Shown one piece after another: positions 8,096 to 21,215 of a DNA stretch of 64,000 bases (positions within the stretch are counted from its first letter, which is position 1; the number at the start of each line of letters is the position of its first letter). Source of the stretch: Candidatus Kaiserbacteria bacterium. Its GTDB lineage: Bacteria > Patescibacteriota > Minisyncoccia > Phycocordibacterales > UBA918. A program made the position numbers and the translations under genes. Below the pieces are notes generated by a model. That model was not told the DNA's origin, made no database searches, and saw nothing but the letters and a program-made list of their open reading frames with translations. Location: contig JAHQWD010000003.1 of NCBI GenBank assembly GCA_019634005.1, positions 304,539 through 368,538 on the forward strand, given 5' to 3'.

Positions 8096-11043
8096 GAAGC
8101 ACTCCGTTCCTGTAATTTCTGTACGAGGAGTGCATACGCCGAATCTTCTTCACAGGGGAAGGAGAGAAATGCTCCTGTCGTGATTTCTTTGGCAACACGA
8201 ACAATCTCTTCTTTAAGTGCTTCAATCTCTTCGTCGGTTATTGTAAAAGCTTCTTCCTTGATCTCTCCTTTTGTATTTGGTTCCACAAAAGAGATAACTC
8301 CCTCTCGTGTTTTATATCGCTCATCATCATAGAGTGAGAGCATGAGTGCATAGAAGACCAACTGACGTTTATAGTCTCCATTTGAGTCTTTTGTTGTCCC
8401 CTCAATCTGTCCACGAGTCTTCGGCTTCCCTGTTTTATAGTCCACCACACGAAGAACATTCCCTTCTGAGTCAAAATCCAAACGATCCAGCTTTCCTGTA
8501 AGTTTTATCTTCATATCGTCAGCTTCAAGAAAGACGGATAGCGAGAACTCTTCCTTTGTCTCCACTCCTACACTCTGTTCCAGATGTGGAAGGTATACCG
8601 CAAATGTTTCCAGACCACGCTCCAAGAGCCGTGTGTATTCTTCTGTGGTAATGGGAAGTCTTCGCAGCTGTGTCTCAAGATATTTCTTCGCGTCAGAAAC
8701 CGAGAGGCTCTTTTCTTTGGTCAATCGCTCAAGAGCACCGTGCATTGCATTTCCATATTGCAGCGAAGCATTCATAACCTCAGGCACCCGAAGCATGTTG
8801 CGGTAGAGATACGTCCACGGAGAATCCAAATAGTTGTTAAGTGCTGTTGCAGAGAGGCCACGCTCATGGAAGAGATGCGCAAGAAACGCACTGTCTATAC
8901 CAGACACCTCTCCCTCTCCAAACCCTGCAAGTGGCTCGAAATCTCCCGCAATCTCTTGCGTCTCAACAGATACGTCATCAAGGAGTCGAGATGGGATAAG
9001 TGCCCTCCCCTCTGCGTTTGTCTCACTGTGAGAGAGTACAAGTCGCTTTCGCGCACGCGTCATTGCCACATAGAAAAGTCTCCGTTCATCATCAAGTGGG
9101 TCAAAATCCTCTTCGGGAACATACCGATTAAGTGGGATGGTGAAATATGACCGCTTCACCTTTCCGCCCCAATTGCTATCAACCAAGTGGGGTACGAAGA
9201 CATGATCAAACTCCCGCCCTTTTGATTTGTGTGCGGTAAGCACCTGCACAGCATGTGCCGCATCTCCAATATATGGTGCATTTAACGGCAGCCTGTACTC
9301 CTTCCGCTTCTCAAGAAGTGCAATCACTTCTTGAAGTGTCGATACCTCATCTCGTCTGACCAAGTCTTCGATCTCATCATAGAGACGTCGTACCACGCGG
9401 ACACCCTCAAATGGATCCTCTTCAATAACATAATCGAGGAAGCCACTCTCCTTGAGGAGGTATTCGAGTGTATGATGTGGTGCTTCTTTTGCAGTCCGCT
9501 GTCGCGTCTGTGCCAATACCGTCATAATGCGATGTGCGCCGTCGACATGTTCTACACCAATCTCACGGAGGATCTTCTCATCTCCGAGCACCTCAACAAG
9601 CGGTCGGTCATATCGGACCGCACCAAGAATTCGAAAGATATCGGTTGTAGTAAGTCCCCAATACGCGTCATGAAGAACGGTGCGGAGTGTGGTTGCGTCC
9701 TCTGGATGCATAACCGCACGAATGAGCGCAGTGACTGTCTGCGTTATTGGATGCGAGAGAATATCTCCATCGGAAGAAGGAGCAACCGCAATACCTTTCC
9801 GTCGAAGCACGAGCGCGAAATCTTCCACCTCTCGATTTGTTCGTACGATGACAGCAATTTCTTCTGGTGGTACTCCATCTTGTATCTGTGCTTCAATCTC
9901 TTTTGCTATGTGTTCATCTTCTACCACCTGATGCTCAAACGAACGTCGCTCGATATCTGCCTCCTCAGTATTACTGACCAATGGAATACGGAGATCTTTC
10001 AGTGGACCATCCTCCACCGCAACAAGATCATGTGCCACGTCCAAGATGCGCTGTCCTGATCGATAGTTCTCGGTAAGTGAGATAACATCCGTTCCAGAAA
10101 ACGCATCTTTGAAATATAAAAAGTTCTCAAGTGATGCTCCTTGGAAGCGGTAGATTGCCTGCTTCTCATCTCCCACCGCAAAGATGTTCGGACTCTCGTG
10201 GTATGACGCGAGTAATTCCAATATCCTGTTCTGACTTCCATTCACATCCTGATGCTCATCTGCAAGAATGTACTGGTATGTTTCTTGGAGATCCCGAAGC
10301 ATGTCCTCATTTTCTTCAAGTGCCGCAATGGTCTCGGTGATCATGTCATCAAAATCATAGAGACGCTCTGTGGTGAGCAATGCTTCATACGCACGGTAGA
10401 GTGCAAAGAGTTCCCGATTCTTAAGTAGCGATTTTTCTTTCTTAGTATATTCCCCACGCACCTTTCCTTTGTGTGCCCCCTTCTCGTGAATCTTCTCTGT
10501 ATTTTCAAGATCCTTCTCTTGTCTCTCGAGAATCTCTGCACAATCATCTGGAGTTATACCTTCTTTTTTAAGATGCTCTATCTCTCTCTGTATCGGCACC
10601 ACATAGTATGCAGGATTTCCCATTGGACGAAGGTGCTTCACACCCTCTGTCTCAAGCAGTGATTCAATGTATGCAATCTTTTCCAGGTCTCCCATAAGAC
10701 GCCCTCCAATAACCCTCGAGTATGCATCAGGGTATTCTCGAATGAGACGCTCTGCAAAGCTGTGGAAAGTGTAGATCGGCACACGATATGCCGAGGCGCC
10801 AATATAACTGTGCAGACGCTCCCGCATCGCCTGCGCTCCCGCATCGGTGAATGTAAGTGCGAGGATGTTCTCAGGATTGGTATCCGTGTTCTTGAGAATC
10901 TGCGCGATACGTAATGTGAGAATCTGCGTCTTTCCCGTTCCAGGTCCTGCAACCACCATTATCGGCCCCTCAACGCTGTCTACGGCCTGTTTTTGGGCTT
11001 TATTAAGCCTTGTATAGGCTGTCTCAAAGGGTGTCGTACTCAT
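8092..11043 (-). CDS. UvrD/PcrA-family helicase fused to a C-terminal PD-(D/E)xK (RecB/AddA-type) nuclease
   Basis: Walker A VVAGPGTGKTQ and UvrD helicase motifs over about 650 aa. C-terminal KLDRLDFD...VVDYKTGKP nuclease motif. Start at ATG 11043 (MSTTPFETAYTRLNKAQ) with perfect TATAAT 9 nt upstream. Confidence 0.8.
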   Translation of the reverse strand: MSTTPFETAYTRLNKAQKQAVDSVEGPIMVVAGPGTGKTQILTLRIAQILKNTDTNPENILALTFTDAGAQAMRERLHSYIGASAYRVPIYTFHSFAERLIREYPDAYSRVIGGRLMGDLEKIAYIESLLETEGVKHLRPMGNPAYYVVPIQREIEHLKKEGITPDDCAEILERQEKDLENTEKIHEKGAHKGKVRGEYTKKEKSLLKNRELFALYRAYEALLTTERLYDFDDMITETIAALEENEDMLRDLQETYQYILADEHQDVNGSQNRILELLASYHESPNIFAVGDEKQAIYRFQGASLENFLYFKDAFSGTDVISLTENYRSGQRILDVAHDLVAVEDGPLKDLRIPLVSNTEEADIERRSFEHQVVEDEHIAKEIEAQIQDGVPPEEIAVIVRTNREVEDFALVLRRKGIAVAPSSDGDILSHPITQTVTALIRAVMHPEDATTLRTVLHDAYWGLTTTDIFRILGAVRYDRPLVEVLGDEKILREIGVEHVDGAHRIMTVLAQTRQRTAKEAPHHTLEYLLKESGFLDYVIEEDPFEGVRVVRRLYDEIEDLVRRDEVSTLQEVIALLEKRKEYRLPLNAPYIGDAAHAVQVLTAHKSKGREFDHVFVPHLVDSNWGGKVKRSYFTIPLNRYVPEEDFDPLDDERRLFYVAMTRARKRLVLSHSETNAEGRALIPSRLLDDVSVETQEIAGDFEPLAGFGEGEVSGIDSAFLAHLFHERGLSATALNNYLDSPWTYLYRNMLRVPEVMNASLQYGNAMHGALERLTKEKSLSVSDAKKYLETQLRRLPITTEEYTRLLERGLETFAVYLPHLEQSVGVETKEEFSLSVFLEADDMKIKLTGKLDRLDFDSEGNVLRVVDYKTGKPKTRGQIEGTTKDSNGDYKRQLVFYALMLSLYDDERYKTREGVISFVEPNTKGEIKEEAFTITDEEIEALKEEIVRVAKEITTGAFLSFPCEEDSAYALLVQKLQERSAS

Positions 11044-11132
11044 ATAGAGGTCATTATACCGCACGTGCGTAAAAACACTTGCAATCCCCCCTCAAGCAGA
11101 GTACAGTAGTGGCTCAACGGATCCGAAACGGT

Positions 11133-13211
11133 ATGCTCACGACAGAATCACTGCTCGCAGCACTCATGATGTTGGTAATCGCTAGCGCGACCTTTTTCAT
11201 TGCAAAACGTGTGCGACTTCCTTACACCGCTCTCCTTGCCTTCGTTGGAATGGCACTCGCACCAGTCTCACTCCATGTCCCGCTCTTTAGCTTCATGCGA
11301 GACTTTGTGCTCACCCCAGAGCTTCTCTTCTACGTGTTCCTTCCGACGCTCATCTTTGAGTCCGCATACAACATAGACGTACGACGACTCTCAAGAGACC
11401 TGCCCGTCATTGCCTCTCTCGCAATTGTCTCCCTTCTCATTTCCACCTTCCTTATCGCAGGAGCACTCTACTTCGTACTTGATCTCATTGGATTCTCTAT
11501 TCCATTTACACTTGCACTTCTCTTCGGAACTCTTATCTCTGCGACAGACCCAGTTGCAGTACTTGCGCTCTTTAAAGAATACGGTGCCCCACGACGACTC
11601 TCTCTCATCTTTGAAGGAGAGTCTCTTTTTAATGATGGTACCGCTGTAGCGCTCTTCCTTATTGTGCTTGGTGTCATCCTGAATGGGTACCATGGATTTG
11701 CCACCATTGAGACTGGTGTTACCGCCTTTCTCATGATGGTTATCGGAGGTGCATTCTTGGGACTCTTCTTTGGGTGGCTCTTTGCAAACATCATCGGATT
11801 CACGAAACAGAACGAGTCTGTCTCTATCACGCTCACTATTGTGATGGCACACCTTACGTTTCTCCTCACCGATCTAGTGGCACATCATCTCAGTTGGAAT
11901 GGACATCCGCTCCACCTCTCCGCAATCATCTCCACTTCTGTCGCATCAATCGTTATGGGTAACTATGGACGATACAAGATCAGTGTTCGGGCAGAGGCAT
12001 TCGTGGAGAAGTTCTGGGAGCAGCTCGCATTTATCTCAAACTCTATTGTCTTTATTCTTATCGGACTCCTCTTTGCAGAACTGCCAACAAACACCAACCA
12101 TTTCTGGATGATTATTCTCTCCACTATTGTCATCGTGGCCATTGCACGTGCCCTCTCTATCTACCCTGTTATGGCCACACTGAACTTCTTTCTCACCGAG
12201 AAGATTCCTCGTACGTGGCAACACCTTATGGCGTGGGGAAGCCTTCGTGGAGCACTTGCCGTCACCATGGTACTCCTTATTCCAGATACACTTTCCTTCC
12301 CTGGTTGGGAATATGCCATAACACCAAAAGAGTTCATTCTCACCATCACCATCGGCTGTGTCTTCACCACTCTCTTCCTGAAAGCAACTACTATTGGCTC
12401 TCTTATGAAGAAACTCAAGATCGATACCCTTCGTCCTCTTGAGGCACTCCAGTACGAGGAGGCACGAGCGCTTGTAGAGCATACGGTCCTTGAGCGTCTG
12501 AACAAGTTTGCAAAGAAGAACTACATTGATACCGCTACATTTGAAGCGCTTCACAAGAAGCACGGAGAGCGCTACATGGAAGCCTGTACCGAGTGTGCAG
12601 AACATGCAGATCTTCTTGCGGAGAGTGCGCTTCGCCTTCATGCAATTGGTATCGAACGGTTCCACCTAAAGAAACTCTACCAGTACGGAGAGGTGAGTGA
12701 AAAAAGTGTGAAGCGTATCATGAACAAACTTGCAGTACAGAGCGAGTACCTCGACGAGGGGAACATGAATGTCCCCGAGACGTCAACATATGCAGAAAAA
12801 GACCTGTTCGGAAAACTCACTGGCTCAATGAAAGATCTCCTCTATACTCCGACAGCAGAAGAGGCTGCAGTCGAGAATTACACATACTATCGCGCACAAT
12901 CCATCATCGCGCGTAAGGTACTAAAAGAGCTGGATGCCATTGAAACTAAGGGAGAGTCTCGGGTATTTTCTCTTGACGCGCTTGAGAAGACACGTGTTGC
13001 ATATCGTAAGTTCCGTGATGGCTCTACCGCAAAAATGGAGGCAGTCGCAAAGAAATATCCGTCGCTTATATCAGAGACGAACCGACAACTTGCAGAACGA
13101 GGGCTCTTTAAGGTCGAAGAGACTGTGCTTGATGACCTCTTTGAGAAAGAGTTTATTACCCCGAAGATTTACATTACATTGCGGAATCAATTTGAAGAGG
13201 AGGCTGTGTAG
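11133..13211 (+). CDS. Na+/H+ antiporter, CPA1 (NhaP) family, with a roughly 300-aa cytoplasmic C-terminal domain
   Basis: ATDPVAVLALF signature and 10-12 TM helices. Start uncertain between TTG 11079 and ATG 11133. Confidence 0.7.
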   Translation: MLTTESLLAALMMLVIASATFFIAKRVRLPYTALLAFVGMALAPVSLHVPLFSFMRDFVLTPELLFYVFLPTLIFESAYNIDVRRLSRDLPVIASLAIVSLLISTFLIAGALYFVLDLIGFSIPFTLALLFGTLISATDPVAVLALFKEYGAPRRLSLIFEGESLFNDGTAVALFLIVLGVILNGYHGFATIETGVTAFLMMVIGGAFLGLFFGWLFANIIGFTKQNESVSITLTIVMAHLTFLLTDLVAHHLSWNGHPLHLSAIISTSVASIVMGNYGRYKISVRAEAFVEKFWEQLAFISNSIVFILIGLLFAELPTNTNHFWMIILSTIVIVAIARALSIYPVMATLNFFLTEKIPRTWQHLMAWGSLRGALAVTMVLLIPDTLSFPGWEYAITPKEFILTITIGCVFTTLFLKATTIGSLMKKLKIDTLRPLEALQYEEARALVEHTVLERLNKFAKKNYIDTATFEALHKKHGERYMEACTECAEHADLLAESALRLHAIGIERFHLKKLYQYGEVSEKSVKRIMNKLAVQSEYLDEGNMNVPETSTYAEKDLFGKLTGSMKDLLYTPTAEEAAVENYTYYRAQSIIARKVLKELDAIETKGESRVFSLDALEKTRVAYRKFRDGSTAKMEAVAKKYPSLISETNRQLAERGLFKVEETVLDDLFEKEFITPKIYITLRNQFEEEAV

Positions 13212-13223
13212 TATACTGTCCAT

Positions 13224-13583
13224 ATGAAAGTCATATTTGTTGCAGGACCGTTTCGAGGAGATGGAAGCAGAGAAGCAAGAGAAGGAAACTTAGAGAAAGC
13301 ACGCCAGTATATTCGTCGCTTTGTAGAAAAGGAGATCCCCTATTATTCTCCTCACATGAACACAAGTACAACCACCATAGACTTTGAAGGGAGAGATCCT
13401 TTTGCGACAGCGCTGAATCACCAGTTCCTTGATTACTGTGACGCACTGGCGGTGCTCCCAGGGTGGAAGGACTCATCAGGTACCCAGGAAGAGATTACGC
13501 GAGCAGAAGAACAAGGAAAGAGAATATTCTACCTTGAAGAAGCGGATGCTTTTGAGGCAATGAAGAAATACCTAAAAGACTAA
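13224..13583 (+). CDS. DUF4406 / nucleoside 2-deoxyribosyltransferase-like (NDT-fold) protein
   Basis: KVIFVAGPF N-terminus and ALAVLPGWKDSSGTQEEI...GKRIFY C-terminal motif, characteristic of DUF4406. TATACT 7 nt upstream of the ATG. Confidence 0.5.
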   Translation: MKVIFVAGPFRGDGSREAREGNLEKARQYIRRFVEKEIPYYSPHMNTSTTTIDFEGRDPFATALNHQFLDYCDALAVLPGWKDSSGTQEEITRAEEQGKRIFYLEEADAFEAMKKYLKD

Positions 13584-13586
13584 CTC

Positions 13587-14159
13587 ATGGAAATAGAATA
13601 CGAAGCAACATTTAAAAACATTAATAAAGATGGAATTCGTCAACAACTCAAATCTGTCGGAGCATCTTTAATACGTCCCGAGTTTCTACAGAGACGTGTA
13701 CCTCTACATATTCCAAACAGACAACCTTCGGATAACACATGGGTACGAGTTCGTGATGAAGGAGACAAAGTAACCATGAGCGTGAAAACTGTATCCGGTG
13801 ACAAAATTGAAGATCAAAAGGAAACTTGTATCACGGTAAATAGCTTTGATGATGCGTTATCATTACTTGAAGAAATTGGTTGTAAACCAAAGTCATACCA
13901 AGAAAATAAACGAGAACTCTGGAAAATAGATTCTGTTGAAATAACTATTGATGAATGGCCTTTCCTTGAACCTTTTGTGGAGATTGAGGGACCTTCTGAA
14001 GAAGCGGTGCGTACAGTATCCGAACAACTTGGATTCAATTATGATGAAGCTCTGTTCTGCTCCGTAACCACCTTGTACGAAAAGAAGTATGGCGTCTCGC
14101 AAAAAGAAATAAACGAAACTGAAAAAATTACCTTCGATATAGAAAACCCATTCTCATAA
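13587..14159 (+). CDS. CYTH-domain protein (CyaB/triphosphate tunnel metalloenzyme-like)
   Basis: N-terminal EIEYEATF (EIERKF-like) and C-terminal FVEIEGPSEE acidic motif. Start is 3 nt after the DUF4406 stop, so the two are translationally coupled. Confidence 0.5.
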   Translation: MEIEYEATFKNINKDGIRQQLKSVGASLIRPEFLQRRVPLHIPNRQPSDNTWVRVRDEGDKVTMSVKTVSGDKIEDQKETCITVNSFDDALSLLEEIGCKPKSYQENKRELWKIDSVEITIDEWPFLEPFVEIEGPSEEAVRTVSEQLGFNYDEALFCSVTTLYEKKYGVSQKEINETEKITFDIENPFS

Positions 14160-14160
14160 C

Positions 14161-14191
14161 AAAAGACCTCCCGTAAGGAGGTCTTTTGTTT
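14161..14191. terminator. Bidirectional rho-independent terminator (CYTH gene / rpoD)
   Basis: AAGACCTCC-CGTAA-GGAGGTCTT hairpin flanked by A and T runs. Confidence 0.75.
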
Positions 14192-15473
14192 AATATGATT
14201 TCAGCCGTCGTGCTTTCTCATGCTGGCGAATCTTCTCAAGTGCCTTTGCTTCAATCTGACGGATACGCTCGCGGGTTACCCCGAACTCCTTTCCAACCTC
14301 CTCAAGGGTGTGGTACGTACCATCAACAAGCCCATGACGCATCTCGAGAATCTTTCGCTCCTTCTCTGAGAGTGTATCAAGAATCTCCCCCATCTGATCT
14401 GCGAGGATACGATGCGACACCTCTTGATCTGGAGACGTGATCTTGTCGTCTGCAATGAAGTCCGCAAGACGTGATCGATCATCGTCATCTCCGACAGGAA
14501 GCTCTAGAGAAATGGTGTCCTGACTGATCTTCTCAATCTGATAGATCTTCTCAACCTCTACATTCATCTCTGTTGCGATCTCTTCAGGCATTGGGTCTCG
14601 TCCAAGGTCTTGTGCAAGACGTCGTGAGACCTGCTTGTATTTCGCCATAGTCTCCACCATGTGTACGGGAATACGAATCGTACGAGACTGGTCCGCAAGC
14701 GCACGAGTGATTGCCTGACGAATCCACCATGTTGCATACGTGGAAAACTTGAATCCTTTCGTATAGTCAAACTTGTCTACCGCCTTAAAGAGTCCAAGAT
14801 TTCCTTCTTGGATAAGGTCGAGCAGTGTAAGGTCTGGACTCCGCCCCACATATTTCTTCGCAATAGATACCACTAGACGGAGGTTTGCACGTGCAAGAAG
14901 ATTACGAGCCTCCTCATCGTCTTCAACAATACGCTTTGCAAGATCCCGCTCTTCTTGGGCGGTCAAAAGTGGGTACTGCCCGATCTCTCGGAGATACATC
15001 TGAATAGAATCGTATCCACTATCTGAGCGCTTATAGACATTCTTCTTCTCAAGAAGATCTCCGCCTGCGGTCTCTCCAAGCATGCCGCCAGACTCGAGCA
15101 CATCGATACTTGCAGTCGCAAACTTCTCATAGAGCTCCTCAAGGAAATCCACATCTTTCTCAATGCGGGGATATGCCTTTAGGATCTCATCATAGGTCAC
15201 ATACCCACGAGCACGCCCCTCCTCAAGCAAAGCTTCCGCCTTATCTTCAAGCGCCTTTTGCGCTTTTGAGGTACGTTTTCGAGCCACCTTTTTGGTAGCT
15301 TTTTTCTTGGTAGTCTTTTTAGTTGTCTTCTTTGCTACCTTCTTGGTAGTCTTCTTCGTAGTTTTTTTGGCAGTTGTTTTTTTAGCTTTCTTCGCTACTT
15401 TTTTTGTTGCCTTTCTTGCGACTTTTTTTGTCGTTTTCTTTGCCCTTTTTTTTGTTGCCTTCTTCGAAGCCAT
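14190..15473 (-). CDS. rpoD: RNA polymerase sigma-70 factor RpoD with a lysine-rich N-terminal extension
   Basis: Regions 1.2-4 are conserved ([10 protein letters not shown], helix-turn-helix region 4). The N-terminal roughly 70 aa are KKTTKK/AKK repeats. Start at ATG 15473 (MASKK) with TATAGT 11 nt upstream. A GTG alternative lies at 15482. Confidence 0.9.
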   Translation of the reverse strand: MASKKATKKRAKKTTKKVARKATKKVAKKAKKTTAKKTTKKTTKKVAKKTTKKTTKKKATKKVARKRTSKAQKALEDKAEALLEEGRARGYVTYDEILKAYPRIEKDVDFLEELYEKFATASIDVLESGGMLGETAGGDLLEKKNVYKRSDSGYDSIQMYLREIGQYPLLTAQEERDLAKRIVEDDEEARNLLARANLRLVVSIAKKYVGRSPDLTLLDLIQEGNLGLFKAVDKFDYTKGFKFSTYATWWIRQAITRALADQSRTIRIPVHMVETMAKYKQVSRRLAQDLGRDPMPEEIATEMNVEVEKIYQIEKISQDTISLELPVGDDDDRSRLADFIADDKITSPDQEVSHRILADQMGEILDTLSEKERKILEMRHGLVDGTYHTLEEVGKEFGVTRERIRQIEAKALEKIRQHEKARRLKSY

Positions 15474-15507
15474 GTGACCCATACTATACCCTAAAACAGA
15501 GAAAAAT

Positions 15508-17214
15508 CTAGAGGATCACTGTTGTATCCAGTGCACTTTGGAAAGACTGCATCTGCTGTAAAAGCGCTTCTACTTTCTTCATATCCCCCGCTCGTTCTGC
15601 AGTCTGGAGCTCTTTTTTAAACTCTGCAATACGTTTTTTGGCGGTGCGAAGTGATAATTCCGTTAGTTTTTCGCCAAACTCTTCCCGCACCTCCCGTTCT
15701 GAATAATTCGCAAGCTGATCCTCAAGCGCAAACGCAAGTTTATTCCCTTTTTCTTTGTCTATATCCATATCTTCTCCGAGAATAGTCTTCAGTTTTTCTT
15801 TCACGAGTGCTCCAAGATCCTTATGTTCCCCACGCATGAGAATATCTGCTCCTACAGAAAGGAATGCAGCAACCTCATCATATCGGACGCCTTCATGTAT
15901 CTCCTTCTGAGACTCTTTCTCTGAGACAGGCTCTTCTGTACGATCTATTTTCTCAGCGAATCGTTCCACCTCATAGTGAACTCCGTCTTTGGTAGTGTCT
16001 AGTCGCTCTGCAATGACTTTCTCAAAGTGTTCTCGGTCTATCTTATTTGGCATACGTGCCAAAAGCGGAAGCACTTCTTCACGTACACGCAATTTATACG
16101 CACGCTCATCCTTTGATTCTTTCTCCAGCACATTGAGAAGAAACTCTACAACATGTACCGCCTTCCCTACCACATGCTTAAACTCCTTTGCATCTTCTTT
16201 GATGATGTCGGCAGGATCCTTTCCTTCGGGCATCTCTACCACCTTAATATCCATACCACGAGAAAGCATCATCTCTGCTGCTCTGTTTGCAGCTGCTATT
16301 CCTGCACGATCAGAGTCCAGTGCCAGTACCACCCTATTAGAAAGTCTCTCTAATAGGTCTATATGGTGAGACGTCAGTGCAGTCCCTGATACCGCAACCG
16401 TGTTTCCATAGCCCGCTTGATGCGCAAGCACTACATCAAACTGCCCTTCGGTGATAAGGGAGAAATCTAATCTCCGTATTCCCTGCTTTGCCTTGTCATA
16501 TCCAAAGAGAATATCAGACTTCTGATACAGCTCCGTCTCTGGAGAGTTTACATACTTTGGTATCTCCTTATCTTTTGAGAGCGTCCGTCCAGAAAATGCC
16601 ACTACACGTCCAGAGGTGTCCCAAATTGGGAACATGATGCGATTTCGAAATACATCGTATGGTTCCTTACCTCCATCTGCTTTCTTGATAAGCCCAGTCC
16701 GTAGCATCTGTGCATCGGTATACCCCTTCTCTGTAAGGTGACTTCGGAGAGAACGCCACTCATCTGGAGCATAGCCAATACGCCACGTATGAAGTGTTTT
16801 TCCATCAACGCCACGTCCGAGAATATAATCTTGTGCTGGTTTATGAAGTGTCCCCTGCTTAAAGAAAAATGCTGTCGCTTCTTCGATCAGTGCGTACTGT
16901 GTATCTCGCTCCGTCCGTTTCTTTGGATCCTCCCTCACAATCTCCACTCCTGCTTTATCCGCAAGAATCTTAAGCGCTCCTTTAAAGTCTACCCCCTCCA
17001 TCTTCTCTATAAAGGTAAAAATATCTCCTCCTTGGTTTGAAGAGAAGCAATAGTACATACCCCTATCTGGGGATACATAGAAAGACGGTGTTTTTTCATT
17101 GGTGAACGGAGATTTTCCTTTATAATTTTTTCCCGCTTTCTGGAGCTCTACATAGGGCGCTACTACGTCAAAAATAGAGAGTCTTTCCTTGATTTTCTGT
17201 ACCGTATCGCTCAT
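15508..17214 (-). CDS. dnaG: DNA primase DnaG
   Basis: Zinc-ribbon-like N-terminus ([13 protein letters not shown]...YYCFSS), TOPRIM domain (EGQFDVV, DSDRAG) and a C-terminal domain. 568 aa. Classic dnaG-rpoD synteny. Confidence 0.9.
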   Translation of the reverse strand: MSDTVQKIKERLSIFDVVAPYVELQKAGKNYKGKSPFTNEKTPSFYVSPDRGMYYCFSSNQGGDIFTFIEKMEGVDFKGALKILADKAGVEIVREDPKKRTERDTQYALIEEATAFFFKQGTLHKPAQDYILGRGVDGKTLHTWRIGYAPDEWRSLRSHLTEKGYTDAQMLRTGLIKKADGGKEPYDVFRNRIMFPIWDTSGRVVAFSGRTLSKDKEIPKYVNSPETELYQKSDILFGYDKAKQGIRRLDFSLITEGQFDVVLAHQAGYGNTVAVSGTALTSHHIDLLERLSNRVVLALDSDRAGIAAANRAAEMMLSRGMDIKVVEMPEGKDPADIIKEDAKEFKHVVGKAVHVVEFLLNVLEKESKDERAYKLRVREEVLPLLARMPNKIDREHFEKVIAERLDTTKDGVHYEVERFAEKIDRTEEPVSEKESQKEIHEGVRYDEVAAFLSVGADILMRGEHKDLGALVKEKLKTILGEDMDIDKEKGNKLAFALEDQLANYSEREVREEFGEKLTELSLRTAKKRIAEFKKELQTAERAGDMKKVEALLQQMQSFQSALDTTVIL

Positions 17215-17240
17215 ACGTGCATACAGTATACCGTATCTAT

Positions 17241-17470
17241 AAAAAATAGCCCTTCGCGCAATGCGAAGGGCCGAGTCCTCTTCAGGGGCAGTTCTAAAAA
17301 TGTACTAAATAGGGGTCCCTCGGGTTGGTAAGGTCCGAAGGACCCCAAAGACTCCCTAAGAAGGTCAAAGACGAGCCCGGCGGGCCAATTCGGCGGGAAC
17401 TCTGCCTCTTGATCGGAAGCCACCAGACCTCAGTCCCTGGGGCGTCGGACAGAAGGATCAGGCTGGAAAG
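17241..17470 (-). ncRNA. Candidate structured RNA element (sRNA or dnaG leader), identity unknown
   Basis: A 320-nt non-coding gap in a very compact genome. Minus strand carries an extended -10 (TGTTATATT at about 17480-17471) just after the rpoC terminator. GC-rich hairpins follow (GGGGUCC...GGACCCC). It ends at a strong intrinsic terminator (GCCCUUCGC-AUUGCG-GCGAAGGGC plus a U-run at 17272-17241) about 30 nt upstream of the dnaG ATG. Confidence 0.4.
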
Positions 17471-17489
17471 AATATAACACTTCATACAT

Positions 17490-17531
17490 AAAAACACAAG
17501 ACCCGCGATTAATCGCGGGTCTTGTGTTTTA
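17490..17531. terminator. Bidirectional rho-independent terminator after rpoC
   Basis: ACACAAGACCCGCGAT-TAA-TCGCGGGTCTTGTGT, a perfect 16-bp stem flanked by A5 and T4. Confidence 0.8.
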
Positions 17532-17538
17532 CATGGTC

Positions 17539-21192
<3,654 letters not shown>

Positions 21193-21215
21193 AGTGATTT
21201 CTTAAAGACGAATAA

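Noticed and set aside
11079-11132. TTG-initiated 5' extension of the NhaP antiporter ORF
   Set aside because: An alternative start. The ATG at 11133 begins directly at the first TM helix and is preferred, but it remains uncertain.
17241-17470. Identification of the dnaG-upstream RNA as SRP RNA (ffs)
   Set aside because: Only a partial match to the helix-8 motif (AGGUCCG-AAGGA against AGGUCCGGAAGGAAGCAGC). The flanking GNRA and asymmetric-loop context is not evident. It is kept as an unassigned RNA element.
17211-17497. Two small minus-strand ORFs (70 and 67 aa) in the rpoC-dnaG gap
   Set aside because: Their composition is not protein-like; they are Pro/Gly/Ser-rich products of GC-rich hairpins. 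Neither resembles S21 (rpsU), and one overlaps the dnaG start. The region is better explained as structured RNA.
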